From NCBI RefSeq assembly GCF_009914755.1, contig NC_060939.1: a DNA stretch of 64,000 bases; one strand, written 5' to 3'. Below the pieces are notes generated by a model. The model did no database searches. It had not been told where the DNA came from and saw only the letters and a program-made list of their open reading frames with translations. Source of the DNA: the human T2T-CHM13v2.0 reference genome, Homo sapiens. Both the position numbers and the translations under genes were made by a program. Shown piece after piece: positions 29,561-46,414 of the stretch (its first letter is position 1; the number at the start of each line of letters is the position of its first letter).

Positions 29561-30892
29561 TACAGAAAAAACAAAACCGTAAACAGGGAGACTTTGGCTT
29601 TTGGCAAGATGGAGTAGACATACTTTTTTCTATTCCTTTCATTAAGTACAAGTAAAATCCCTCGACATGATTTATAAAACAAACACAAAGGCTCTGAAAG
29701 GTAAGAGAAGGCAGAATACTAGAGACATGAGGACACATAGAATCACATGGCAGTGATTTCCATTTATCTTTTGCCTCTTGTATATCAGACCTGTTCCTGA
29801 AGCAAGTAATACCAGAAATGTCAATGAGCATTAAAACAACAACAACAACAGCTTACTTTCTCTAGCAAAAGGATAAGAAAAGGAGTAGCCTTGCAAGAAT
29901 GGAAACTTTTAGAAAACAACTGCTCTGCTGAAGCTAAACAACACGGAAAAAAATCGTAGCCCCCAACCCCACACGTTAGCAAAATCTTAGTGAGGAGCGT
30001 AGACTTCCAGCCTAACCAAGTTGTATTGAGGTATCCAAATCCTCCACTGGGGGAGTGTAAGAGAAGTCTAAGTAGGGAGTCAAGGCTTCCAACCCTACTA
30101 GGTAGTAATGAGCTCCTCCCTCCCTTATCCTCTTCCCCGTGTCAACGGATTCTCAGGTGGTGGGGATCCTGAAATTTCACCCCCTCATGACCACCGCATT
30201 AATGAGAAACCCCTCCCCCTCCCTGCTGGGATGGTGTCTGGACTTTCCCCACCATCGAATGCTGGTAAAGCCACCCGCCTGACCCCCATGTTGTCAGTGA
30301 AGGGCCCTTGGGGAGCAACTAGGAGGCATTCCTACACATTTCAACCAGGGAAGCCAATGGAGGCATCATGGGGAACGAGAATTCCCACCCTCACTCAGTA
30401 GTCATGAAGAGTTTCATCGGTAGATGTCAACAAAGTCACGTGGAGAACTTGAACTTCTAACCCCACTTGGTAGTAAAAAGAGTGCTCCCCCTTTGCTTGC
30501 CAGCATAGTATCAGAAGAAGCCATCTAAAACAGAGGTTTAAATAAAATCCAGGGTCTCATAACGTAATACCCAAAATGCCAAGGTTTCAATCGAAAATCA
30601 TCATACCAAGATCCAGGAAGATTTCAAACTGATTTTTTTAAAAAGACAACTAATAAATGATGACACAAAAATTAGATATGTTAGCACTATCTGACCAAAA
30701 TTTTTAAGCAATTATCATAAATAGGTTTCAATGAACAACTATGAACACACTTGAAACAAATGAAAAAATATTGTCAGCAAAGAAAATACAAACAGGAACC
30801 AAACAAATGTTAGCACTAAAAAATATAATAACTGAAAAAAACCTGGACTCAACAGGAGAAAGGAGGGGACAGAGGGAAAAATTAATAAACTT

Positions 30893-31289
<397 letters not shown>

Positions 31290-33542
31290 TCACAAATCTG
31301 GGGGACTGTTAACAAAAGGTCTAACATCCATGTAGTCTATGTCTCAGAAGGAGTAGAGAAAGAAGGCAAGGCTGAAAAAGTACTCAAAAAAATAATGGTT
31401 GAATACTTCCAAAATTTGGCAAAAGACATAAATCGATATATGCAAGAGATTTAATCAATGCAAAATAGGATATATCCAAAGAAATTCACGACAAGATACA
31501 TGATAATCAAATCTGTGAAAACTAAAGAAAAAGGAAATGTCTTTAAGCAATGAAGAAGAAAAGACATTTTACCTATAAAGGAAAGCAATTCAAATTAGAG
31601 TGGGTTTCCCATCAGAAACTATGAAGGCCAGAAGGAAGTGGCATAACATGTTGTAAGTGCTAAAAGGAAAAAAAAAAAAAAGACACACACACAAACACAC
31701 ACAGAACAAGAATATCCTTTAGGAATGTAGGGGAAATGAAGACATTCTCAGATAAAGGAAGACTAAGAGAATGTATTGCCAGCAGACCTACCCTAAAAGG
31801 ATGGCTAAGGAAGTTTTTTAATAGAAAAGGGGACAATAAAGAAAGGAATCTTGGAAGAGCAGGAAGAAAGAATAAATAGAATAAGCAAAAGTGTGGGTAA
31901 ATACACTAGATTTTTCTTCTTTTCTTGAGTCTTCTCAATTATGTTTGACAGTCGAAACAAAAGTCATGATGATATCTGATTTGGTTCTAAATGCAGGTAA
32001 ATATTTAAGACTATACTATTATAAATGGGAGAAAATAAAATGATATAAAGGCAGGTAAGATTCCTATACTTCACTGAATCTGGTGAAATGACACCAATAA
32101 ACTGAGATAAGTAATATTTAATGTAATACACAAAGTAATCAACTATAAGCTAAAAAAGAGATTCATTCAAAAACATTATAAATAGGTGAAAATGTAATTA
32201 TAAAATATGTTCAAATAACTTATAAGAAGGCAGTTAAAATAAAACAGGGCAATGAAAAACAGAAAGAAAAAACATACAACCAAAAAATAAAATGGCAGAC
32301 TTAGTACCTACCATATGAATAATTACATTAAATGGAAATGGTCTAAATGCAATTAAAAGGTAGAGATTGAGAGGTGGCTTAAAAAAAACATGACCCAACT
32401 ATATGTAATCTACAGGAAACTCATTTAGAATATAACCATATAGGCAGGTTGAAATTTAAAAAAAATATAGAAAAATATATCATACAAATATTAATCAAGA
32501 ATAAACAGGAGTATAAATATGAATTTCAGGTAAAGTAGATATCAGAGGAAAGGAATATAAAAGAACATTATATAATAATAATAGGATCAAACTATTAATA
32601 AAAGACATAGCAATTCTAAAAGTATATGCACTAAACAATAGCTGAAAAATACATGAAGCAAAATCTGACAGAACTGAAAAGAAAAATAAACAAATTTTCA
32701 ATTATGATTAGAGACATCAAATATTTTTAATATTTGATAGAACTATTAGGAAGAAAATTTTCAAGGATATAAGAACACTCATCACCATCAACCAAGAAAA
32801 TCTAATTGGCATTTATAAAACACTCCATCCAAAGCCAACACAATACACATTCCTTTCAATGTCAGCAGAATATATGCCAAGATAGACCATATACCGGTCT
32901 ATAAAATAAACCTCAAAAAATTTAAAGAAGAGAAATCATACAGAGTATGTTTTCTGATCATGATGAAATCAAAGTAGAAATTAATATTATAAAGATAACA
33001 GGAGAACACTGGAATAGTTGGAAACTAAACAACATATTTCTAAATAATCAAAGGATCAAGAAGTCTCAAGTAAATTAAAAAATATTGAATTAAATGAAAT
33101 TAAACATTAAAACTTGTGGGACACAGACAAAACTGTACTGAGAGGGAAAGTTATATCACAAAGTACGTTAATTAGGAAAGAGGGAAAGTCTCAATAATCT
33201 AAACGCCCACTCAGGAGCTAGAAAAATGAGTAAAAGAAACCCAAAGTAAACAAAAGAAAAAAATAAAGAGCAGAAATCAATGAAACTAAATTTTTTAAAA
33301 AATAGAGAAAAATTAATAAAACAATGAACTGGTTCTTTGGAAATATAAAAAAAAATCAAACCTCTAGTAAGACTGAATAAGAAAAATGAGGGGAAATTGA
33401 CATTACCAATATCATAAGCGAAACAGGAAACATCAGTACAGACTCTGCAGACATCAAATAGATATTAAGGAAATACAAATCCCTCTATACACATAAATTC
33501 CTGGAAAAACACAAACTACAATGCAACCAAAAAAAATAATTT

Positions 33543-33861
33543 GTATGTTAAAATTTAACCACAAGGTGACGGAGAAGTGGGGCCTTTTGGGAGGTTACTG
33601 GGTAATCAAGGTAAAGCCCCTATAAATGGAAGCAGTTCCCTTATAAAAGAGGCAAGGAGCTTGTTTCCCCCTTCCACCCTATGAGGACAAAGAAAAGGCA
33701 CCATCTACCAGGAACAAGCCTTCACTGGGCACTGAAATTGCTGGCACCTTTACCTTGAACTTCACAGCGTCCAGAATTGCAAGAAATAATTATCTGTTGT
33801 TTACAAATTAGTTAGTCTAAAGCTGCTAATTTGATTATACCAGCTTTAACAGACTGAGACA
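33543..33861 (+). mobile_element. MaLR LTR (MLT1A/MSTD-like), 5' end missing
   Basis: 'gtggggccttttgggagg...cccttataaaagagg...gctggcacctttaccttgaacttcacagcgtccagaattgcaagaaataa...cagactgagaca'. Confidence 0.85.
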
Positions 33862-34915
<1,054 letters not shown>

Positions 34916-35268
34916 ATCTAAGAAATACATCTAAAGGTAAAACCCCAAAGACCTAAAACTAATAAGTGAATTCAGCAAGGTCACAGGGACATAAGATGAA
35001 TATACAAATGTCAGTTGAATTTAATTATACCAGCAATAAACATGCGGGACACTGAAATTTAAAATATAATACAATTTACAAGCCAAAAATGAAAAATAAA
35101 TGCTTAGCTATTAAATCTAACAAGAAGGTACAGGACTTATATTGAGAGAACTACAAAATGCTGATGAAAATTAACAAATCTAAATACATGGAGAGACAGA
35201 CCATGTTCATTGATTGGCAAGACAACATAGAAAAAAAGTCAATTCTCCCAAATTAATATACAGGTTAA

Positions 35269-35747
<479 letters not shown>

Positions 35748-37249
35748 CTACAGTAATTAAGACATAGATCAATAAAATAGAATATAGAATCCAGAACTAG
35801 ATCCACAGAACTATTTGCAACAAAGATCTGAAAGCAATAGAATAGAGGAAAGATAGACTTTTCAAAAACTGGTGCTAGGGCAACTGGACATCCAAAAGCA
35901 AAAGAACAAACTGCAACCTACATTTCACACTTTATATAAAAATTGACTCAATTTGGATCACAGACTTAAATGTAAAATCATAAAACTTTTAGAAAAAAAT
36001 AGAATAAGATCTTTAGGATCTGAGACTGAGCAAAGAGTTCTTAGGCTTGACACCAATACTGAATTTCCATCAAAATTAAACAATTTTGTTCAGTAACTGA
36101 TTCTAGTAAGAAGATAAAAGACAAGCTACAGATTGGGAATAAATATTTGCAAATTGCATGTCATATGACAAACTAGTATCTAAAATAAATAAAGACCTCT
36201 CACAACTCTACAGTAAAATAACAAACAATCCAATTAGGAAATAGGCCAAAGATTGGCAACATTTTTACCAAAGAAGATATATGGATGGCAAATAAGCACA
36301 TGAAAATTTACTCAAAGTCATTTGCCATTAGAGAAATGCAAACATAGTAGCTTTTTTCCAGTTTATCCATTCCTCCTTTTACCATAGATCTGCACTCACA
36401 TAATTTCAGGAATATTGGTTATCTAAAATAAATATAAAAATAATTCAATTCAAGGAAAAAACTTCTGCAGATTGCTATATATTTAATCCTATCTAGATTA
36501 AGCAATATACTAGTAATACTAAGGTCTAAAAATGATGCCTCAGTCTTTAAAAAAATTTTCTTCCTTGTATCTACTTAAAAGTCATGAAAGAAGGAATTAG
36601 CTTCACAGAGTTTAAACATAAGTTTTCCTTCATGTATTATGTAAAGTTAACAAAAATAGAGAAGTGCCAAGTGATTAAATCAAAATTCCTCCTTAAAAGT
36701 AATATTACTTCCAGGTCAGTAGTTTATAAAGATTCTTTGCATAAAAAGCACTCAGATATAAAATGAAATATTTTCTTTTTTATTTATGTATTTTATATAT
36801 ATACGTACATACATTTTAGATACATTATGCAGGTTTGACAGTCCAGATAAATACCAACTATTTCTTTGGTTTTAGAAGTGCATTGTGTTTCCAATAAACA
36901 CAGTACTCTTCTAAAATTATAGAATACAACTCTGTAAAACAAAAATGTATGCTGTGAGAAGTCAATATTCTAGTCACAATGGTGACAGTAAGTAGATAGC
37001 AGTGATCTCCCAGAGTTTTATTTTTCTGTGTGTAAATTTGAGTATATGCTACTTACATTCACAAACTATTTTGTTTTATGATAATTAATTTGAGTTTGAT
37101 ACTATTTTCTTAAATACTTGGTGATATTTGGATTTCTATTTCCCTACCAATGCTTTTATTTTAGAAAATTATGGAAGACCCTGCGTCTCATCCTGGTGAG
37201 TCTTATCCAAGACTAGCAGAATCCTTCAACATTTTTATCATCTAGTGCT

Positions 37250-38670
37250 TTTTTTTTTTTTTTTTTTTTCTAAAAAAACCCCAGCTCTTTTAAGATATAA
37301 TTTACATTCCATAAAGTGTGCCCACCTAAAATATACAATTCAATGTTTTTAATATTATTTGCAGAGTTGTGCAACCATCACCACAATCTAATTTTAGAAC
37401 ATTTTTTTAATTACCCAAAGAAACATTATATCCAACAGCAGTGATTTCCCCTTCCTCCTTCACCTTCCTACAGCTCTAGGCTATTTTACCTTTCTATAGA
37501 TTGCCTATACTGGACATTTCATGTAAGTAGAATTATTCACTATGTGGCTTTTGGGGCTGGCTCTTCACTCACATCACATTTATGAGGTTTATTAATGTTG
37601 TTGTATCTATCAGTAGTTTGTTCCTGCTTATTCCCAAATAATATTACATTGTACGAATATGCCATATTTAGTTTATCCATTCATTAGATGATGAATATTT
37701 GGATTATTTACATTTTTTGTTTTTTATGAATAATGTGGCTATGAGCAATTCATGTACAAATTTTTGTGGGTACACATGTTTTTATTTCTCTTGGGCATAT
37801 ACCTAGGAATGGAATTCCTGGATCATATGGTAACTCTGTTTAACTTACTGAGAAACTGCCAAATGGTTTTTCAAAGTGGCTTCAACGTTTTACATTCCCA
37901 CTAGCAATATAAGAGAGATCCAATTTATCTACATCCTTGACAACACATTTATTATGTGTCTTTTTAAAATTATAAACATCCTAGTGGATGTTAAATAATA
38001 TCTCATTGTGATTTTAATTAGCTTTTCTCTAATTAATGTTGTTGAGTGTATATATATCTATATGATTATTAACTATGTATTTTATTTGGAGAAATGTCTG
38101 TTCAAAGCATTTGCCCATTTTCAAACTGGGTTATTTGTATTTTTATTAATTAATATTAATGTTATTTATATACTCTGGATACAAACCTCTTATCAAATAT
38201 ATAATTTGCAAATATGTTCTCTCATTTTGTGGGTTCTATTTTCACTTTCTTCATGGTACTATTTGCAGCACAAAATTTTTTAATGTTGACAATATCCAAT
38301 TTACATTCTTTATTTTGTTACTGTGCTTTTGGTATTATAACTAAGAAACCACCATCCAACCCTAAGTCACAAAGAATGACCCCTACATTTTTTTTCTAAG
38401 GACTGTATAGTTTTAGCTCTTACATTTAGGTCTATGATATGTTTTGAGTTAATTTTGTGTGTGGTGTTAAGGAAGGGGTCTAGCTTTGTTCTCTTGCATG
38501 TGGACCTCCAATTGTTCCATTTGTCAAAAAGAATATTCTTTTCTTTTTTAATCACCTGGGCACCCTTGTCAAAAATTAACTGACTCATAAATGTGAAGAT
38601 TTATTTTTGGACTCTCAATTCTATTTCCTTGATCTGCATTTCCATCCTCATGCCTACTACACTGTCTTGA
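37250..38670 (-). mobile_element. L1MB-type 3' end
   Basis: Reverse L1MB 3'UTR 'aagatataatttacattccataaa...gcagagttgtgcaaccatcaccacaatctaattttagaac', followed by reverse ORF2 C-terminus (ORF 38367-38588 -: QLIFDKGA...KLDPFL). Confidence 0.9.
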
Positions 38671-38934
38671 GAATCTTTCAAGTTTTAATAAACATTTTTC
38701 TCGCAAGAGAAATGTGTGAGTGTATGTGAGAAAGAGAAAATGAGACAGACCATATTAAAGTTTCCAACAGGAGCAAAGAGATCTTTGTTCCTCTAGGGAA
38801 AAAGTATTTCTCCAGATGCTCTGATACGTTAAGAACATTTAGAACACTTAAGTACACCATGCTACTTTCTGGAAGGTGGGCCTGGGTTGAGGAGTACATA
38901 ATGCACATAAGCTTACTAAGAAGTTCTGAGAACA

Positions 38935-39259
38935 GGCTGGATGCAGTGACTCACGCCTGTATCCCAACACTTTGGGAGGCTGAAGTGGGTGTATCATTGG
39001 AGGTCAGGAGTTCGAGACCAGCCTGGCCAACATAGTGAAACCCCATCTCTACTAAAAATACAAAAATTAGCTGGGCGTAGTGGCAGGTGCCTGTAATCCC
39101 AGCTACTCAGGAAGCCGAGGCAGGAGAATCGCTTGAACAAGGGAGGCAGAGGTTGCAGTGAGCCAAGACTGCACCATTGCACTCCAGCCTGGATGACAGA
39201 GCAAGACTCCATCTCCAGAAGAAAAAAAAAAAAAAAAGAAAAAGAAAAAAAGAAAGGAA
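38935..39259 (+). mobile_element. AluS (Sx/Sz-like)
   Basis: Full dimer. 17-bp TSD aagaagttctgagaaca at 38918-38934 and 39260-39276. Confidence 0.95.
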
Positions 39260-39270
39260 AAGAAGTTCTG

Positions 39271-39482
39271 AGAACATATGGACACAGAAGGGAACAATAT
39301 ACACAGGAGCCTATTGGATGGTGGAGAGTGGGAAGATGGAGAGGATCAGGAAAAATAACTAATGGGTACTAGATTTAATACCTAGGTGACAAAATAATCT
39401 GTACAACAAACTCCATGAAGCAATTTTACCTATGTAACAAACCTGCATGTTCCTCTGAAATTAAAATAAAAGTTAAAAAATA
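39271..39482 (+). mobile_element. short 5'-truncated L1PA (approx. PA12-13) 3'UTR insertion
   Basis: 'gagaggatcaggaaaaataactaatgggtactagatttaatacctaggtgacaaaataatctgtacaacaaactcc'. Own TSD aagaagttctg at 39260-39270 and 39483-39493. Confidence 0.9.
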
Positions 39483-39899
39483 AAGAAGTTCTGTGAAGGG
39501 TTGGCTTTATATAGCCAGAGCTTCCTAAATTAATTTGGCCAAAAAACTTTTGGTTTATTTTTTACATATAACATGTATTAATATCCCATAAAACTAACTT
39601 GTTGAAATTCTGATACAACCTATGCCAGGTAAGGGTATAGGAAAAATGAAAGCAGAATGAAGACATCCGGCTTGGAGAGGTTGAAATTCCAAGGACAGGA
39701 ACATGATGGGTTATTTGATGGTGGAGCTTTGAAAGTGAGCAAGGAGTAAGGTATTCTTGCCTAAGGGATTTTTAGGTAGCAGGCATTCTGGGAATCACTC
39801 TCTCCATTAATGTCCAACTCTTTGCTTTTATTTTCTTCCATTTGTATCTCAAAATCTCTTCCAGAAAATCTTTGTTTACTAATTACTAACTAATTTAAC

Positions 39900-40050
39900 T
39901 AGAGATTCGTTTTTCTGAGTACCTATTGTGTACTAGGTGTGATGTTATATGTATTTTGCTGTTCACAATAACCCAGTAATGTCGGTGTTTTCTCTATTTT
40001 ACAAATGAATAAATGGAGACTCCAAGTAAATTGCCCCAAGTTACACAGTT
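39900..40050 (-). mobile_element. MIR SINE
   Basis: Reverse MIR: 'tgagtacctattgtgtactagg...tattttacaaatgaataaatggagac...ccaagttacacagttag'. Confidence 0.8.
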
Positions 40051-40064
40051 AGAAATTGTTGGAG

Positions 40065-40201
40065 TGGGAGGCTGAGGCACGAGAATTCCTTGAACCTGGG
40101 AGGCGGAGGTTGTAGTGAGCCAACACCGTGCCACTGCACCCCAGCCTGGGCAACAAAGTGAAACTCTTTCTCAAAAAAAAAAAAGAAAGAAAGAAAAAAA
40201 A
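40065..40201 (+). mobile_element. 5'-truncated Alu (right arm only) inserted in MIR
   Basis: 14-bp TSD agaaattgttggag at 40051-40064 and 40202-40215. Confidence 0.93.
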
Positions 40202-40479
40202 AGAAATTGTTGGAGCTAGTCTTTTTCACATACCATTCTATATTCACAACTAAAGAAATTAGTTAATTTGGACAATAGAAAATGCTTTTCTATCATCACA
40301 GTCACAGAGCACTCAAGAATCTTTCCTTGATCTAAGAAGCAAAGAACAGTGAAGAGTATCACTGCTTTTACCACCAAGGGAGTATAAGAATGACTAAATT
40401 CCAGGGACATTATTCATCTCTTACACTCTACAGTTGCAAACAATCTGGACAGCCATCACTTTTCGCTTGCTTCCTACCC

Positions 40480-40712
40480 TCTGTAACCTGTGCACCATTT
40501 CCTCAAAAATATCTTCCCTAACTTCCGAGTACCTCGCACTTTCCTTTGACCTTATCAGGATTGTAATTTGATTATTAATCATATCCTGTATCTCCTCAAC
40601 TACAATGTCATCTCTTTAGTGGCATTGTTCACTTCTGTGTCCTCAGGACCTAGGCTACTTACCTCCTTCAAGAGAAGTTGCGGTAATATTTGTTGGAGGA
40701 ATGAAGGAATAC
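40480..40712 (+). mobile_element. L2 3' remnant
   Basis: 'tgttcacttctgtgtcctcaggacctagg...taatatttgttggaggaatgaaggaat' resembles the L2 terminus. Confidence 0.55.
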
Positions 40713-40813
40713 ATTCGAGTTATATCATCTGCTCAAATGTAAGGTTTCATTTCTACCCATTTTTATTTACTATATTTGAAGTAGAAGGTACACATATCCT
40801 AAAAGGCAAATAA

Positions 40814-41195
<382 letters not shown>

Positions 41196-43539
41196 TCCTC
41201 CTTCTATTTTTAACTCTCTCTCTCTCTCTGTCTGTCTCTCTGCCTAGTATGATTCCTTATAGTTCAGTTGTATTATTGAAAACTTGAATGATAGCCAGGC
41301 AAAGGAAAAAAGCGAATGCCGATTTAATTCTAAAAGTAACAATTCATTTTGTGAATAGTTGACCAATAAATGTGTATTATATGTTCAAAATTCAGAGCTC
41401 ACTAAAAATCTGCTCTGGTCTAAGCAATCGTAATAGAGATATATTTTATGTAATTTACTATATGATACAGGTAAATGTCTCCTCTGGTCTTCACCTCTGC
41501 CCCCTAACCCCCTTCAAATCTCCTACTCTAGGCAGGAGAGGAATAAAGACAGATAGAAGCAATAGGATCTGATGTCATGTCACTGTTGTCCATAAAAGTC
41601 GGCCTGAGTGTAAACTATAAGTTTTATTGTTCACAAAGGCTCAACCTTAGTTTTGCAGCTGAGTTCTGTATATTTGAACATGCTGTGTATGGATGTGTGA
41701 CTTCTTTTCTAAACCAGCTCACCATCACTTAATGTGAACCTTAAATCAAGTCTTGTGGTACAGGTTGGTTATTTGCAGTATATTACAGACCTGCACTGAT
41801 TAATTTCATATGTAGGGCTCAGAATCAACCAGTTCAATCTCACAAACACTGTATAACACGACGACTGCAGCCAGGCTTAAAACATGCAATCTTCTTTTCA
41901 ATTCTAATTTTAATATTTTGTAATAGGCTATATGCATCTCATTTGTGTTTATAAATGAGATCCATGTGAGTTGGATATAAAACTGAAGCACATGTTAATC
42001 ACATATTGCAGAACTCTGGTATTGGGTGTAAATATATACCCACCTATGTATATAGGCCAAAAAAAAAAAAAAGCAAGGAAATGAGGGGTCAGACATTCAG
42101 TATACTCTCCTCTCCCATGGTTCAAACTGAGATTAAATGCACTTGGTATAATTTACAATAGAAGGCTACTAAAAATTTAAATCACACAAGCAAGTTTTAA
42201 CATTAGTAAATAAATTATTGCTAACCTAAGGACAAGTGTATTTTTATTTTTAAAAAAGAAAGACTGCAAATTGTTTCTACTTAACAGGCAAATATATACT
42301 CCCTTTTTGGGCTCCTAGGTCACAAAAGGTGGTTATCCTGTCACCACGGCTGATTTTTGAAAAGTGTGACATGCATTTAGTTGTCAGTTCCTATCAGCAG
42401 CATTCAGGAATCAACATTACATCAGCAGCAAGACACACCATTTTATGCTCTTTTTGAAGATAATTAGAGTTCCCTTTTGTTGCAAATAAGATGTAAAACA
42501 GCTATAACTGCTGGAGAACGTGATTAAAGTAACCTCTATAGAACCCCATTATTCTAGACAGATTCCTTCAGATGCATAATTTTCCCATTTTTAGAAAATA
42601 TAATGCATGCATATAAAATTCAAATTGTCGAGACACCTCTAACAAAAATTAGTACTCTATTAAGGCATTCTTAGTAGCTGGTTAACATGTAAAACTCCTT
42701 AAGAGTATTTTAACATAATCATGAAATAATAATATGTGTCACAAAAGGTAAACATTTTACAACGAGAGGATTCTTCAGACAAGATTCATGTATTTAACTT
42801 TTTTTAGCTTACGAAACTTTTGACAGATAATGTATGAGAACTTGTATCCCAAACACTCCAAACCCATGGAAATATGCATGCACTCTTTCATCATCTTGTG
42901 CTTCAACTCTAAGATAGGTGGTTGTAAACACATAAATGTACATACACAAGCATGCACACACACATGCACAAGCACACTCCTTACTTGTTTAGACACTTAA
43001 GTGTCATCTCTTTGAAATACTAAGACTCCATATATCATTTTTAGCAGGTACTCTATGAAGCTAAATACACTTATTTCAAAAAAATAGCAGATATGCACCA
43101 ATATCATATGTATCACAAGGTTTTACAAAAATAGTTGCTTTCAAATATAGGTAATTTTCCAAACTCTGTAGTAAAACACGCCTTTCAAGTGGATTTTAAA
43201 AATAACCCCCTTCTTTCCTTGCAGGTCTTATTCTTTTCCAAATGTAACCTAGGACAGACATAGATGCCTAAGAGATCCAGTGTCCTACAAAGTAACTCAG
43301 CACCTACTTGTCTATGGGTGTTCCAGTTATTCAACAAAATATAAATTCTGTTTGAAAAAAGATATGTAAGGTGGTGATTAGTAAATTCCACCAAGATTAC
43401 CCACACACTGACCGTAACTTTTTATGAATGGTTATAATTATAAAATCAAGTTCTTCGTTGACTCCACCGGGAACCTCAACATCTAACAAAAATGTTATTA
43501 AAAAAGCTTACAAATGAATAATCATTCTCAACAACTCAC

Positions 43540-43666
43540 AGCAGCCTTCACAGCATGAAAGTGGGAAAAATGGAGAAAGTTTTAAGGTGGGGGACTGATT
43601 AGGATGACAACGATCTCTGTCAAGAGAACGTATTGTGTAAGGCTTCTCAGGAGAAACAATTTTCAC
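43540..43666 (-). pseudogene. candidate decayed coding exon (X5), 127 nt
   Basis: Acceptor 'tgctgtctcttttcag|GT' and donor 'GCT|gtgagt'. Phase 0 to 1, fully open: VKIVSPEKPYTIRSLDRDRCHPNQSPTLKLSPFFPLSCCEGC (ORF track 43508-43717). Confidence 0.65.
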
Positions 43667-45943
43667 CTGAAAAGAGACAGCATTATGAACACTGAAGAAC
43701 TGAGGATTGCAGGACACTGATCTTATTAAGAACTTACGCTAATTTGCACACTGTCTCCTGCTGAACTGGAAGCAAGTTTACCACTGGGTTTGTTAATTTG
43801 CCCAGGACACGATTATCTTTGGTTGGACTTAATGTATCAGAGTAGAGGTCATTAACTGCTGGGTTCATGATTATCTAGCATGAATTACCGACAGGATAAC
43901 CAAAATACATCTGTACTTTGACTTCATTTCTCTGGATGCATTTGTTTTCTTCAGATGTTATTTAAATTCTATAACTAATTATTATCTATGTATATTTGCA
44001 TGCTTTTTGCAGAGAATAGAGTACAAGCACCAATGTTCACAATGGACACCGCTATTTCTATTTGGCTTCCTAGCATTTCAAAATAGTCATAAAATTACTG
44101 TATAAAGGATCCACTTTTTTCTTGCTGAGGCTGCAAATGAAGAAAGGTATGGTCATGTGGGAATTTTTAATCACAATAAAAATGCATAATTACTCTGGGA
44201 GATTTCCTTTGTCCGTTAGCGTTTACATTGCCCTGGATGGTTAAATATTCAGAGTGAAGTTGTCCTGAATTTGCTCTCTCTGCTTTTGCAGTTATTTTAT
44301 TTCAACCATCTATCAATCATGGCTCTAAAGTTATGTTCTATCCCAAACAAACATTTTGTTAAGAAAAAAAAGAAACACTATAAAATCCCACTGGTGCATT
44401 TATTTTAGCTTACAGTTCAATAAAATCACTATGAACATTCATAAAGAGAAATCCTGGAATTAAAAGTTAAATAGGAAAGTGCATTCTTAAAAATATTTGT
44501 GGTTTCTGGTTAAATAAACACATTTTCATAAAGCTGCATGTTCAATCTATTTTATATAAATGGAACAAATCAACCAAAAATTCATTTACAATTTTTATGG
44601 GTAAAAGCCCACTTCTAATAGCAGGGAACACTTTTGTGTCTCTGCATGATATCTGTAGAAAGAGGTGAATTTTCATTTATTTAATGCAAATATTCACACA
44701 AGGTAAACTCTTCAGGCATATATGGAGCATGCTTCATGGCAGCTTTGTGGCAATAAGAAAATAACATGACATAATTGTACAATAAATGGAGTGCTGCCAC
44801 CTCAAAATTACCTGCAGCACGGTGTTGTGAATATAGAGAAGAATACAGAAATTCTGAAGTGTTTTTTGCTAGTTTCTAAGCTACTTTGCTTACAAATGAT
44901 TTAATTCTGATCTTATATAGCTGGACATTTATGACAATCTAATCTTCAGAACTGCAAAATTACTAAGATCTTTTTTTAAGGCTTTGAATAATGAAAAGTG
45001 CATTGTTAGCAGATGTGCCACAGCTTTCCACGGCACAATACACATTTAACTAACAAAGTAAGAAAGTGAGCAGAGTAAAGATGTTAGCTTCAGACTTACT
45101 GCATATTAAGAGTTGGGCTTTTATATCTGTTGCCTGAGGAGGCATTGTCCTGGCTCAGACCTTAATAACATCATTTTCCAGGTAAAGTTGAATACCAATC
45201 TTTAAAGCAGAAATATGATTTTATATTTTCCTTTGAAAATTAGTGTTGACACAATGACTTGAAAATCACTCAACATATAAAAATATGTCACCTGGTTTTA
45301 AAATACCTTTGATAAAGAGTTTTTCAGCATAACTGGCTTTTTTTCTATCACAGAAGAGGATGTGGAGCAGTTTTACTAATTAAATATATATGAATATTTA
45401 TTAGAAAATTATGTTTTCAACTTTGTGGAATGATATTTGTTTTGTGTTTTATTCTGGGGTTTGTTCTGTTTAAACATATCCATAAGCTGAGAATAATGGC
45501 CCCAAGTCAAAACTGTCTTTTATGCCCTCCTTTTCCAACCCTAGCTTTTGATATTTTGTAGCAAATTCAACTTGGGACTTTCAGTGGGCAGGAATCTATT
45601 CTAAATTTAGGCAGTATCATGTTTAGAATCATGGCAAACTACTGCAGTCCAGTTCATAATTAAACCAACTTCTAAAAGTCATGTCTGGATACTCTCAGGG
45701 AAAACAAAGTTTGAAATTCTTCATCTGAAAAGGCTACCTCTGTTACGCTAACTAGTGTGGGATCAATGAAAAAAAGTAGATTTTAGACCACTAACCATTC
45801 TCCTAAATTAGAAGCATTATTGCTATAATTTACATATAATTTATATGATTTATTGATTCAACAATATTAGAATAATTTTATTCATTATTCCCTACCATAT
45901 TATTCTAAAATTCAGTTTTACTATTCTTAATAATCAATTCTCA

Positions 45944-46306
<363 letters not shown>

Positions 46307-46414
46307 TTAAATCCTAGTGGGATGAAGTTTCAGAAATGGACCTGTTATTTCTTTCTCTCTCTCTCTTCTTGTTCTCTCCACATACAAGTTCACTATTAAG
46401 AGCGCATTAGTACA

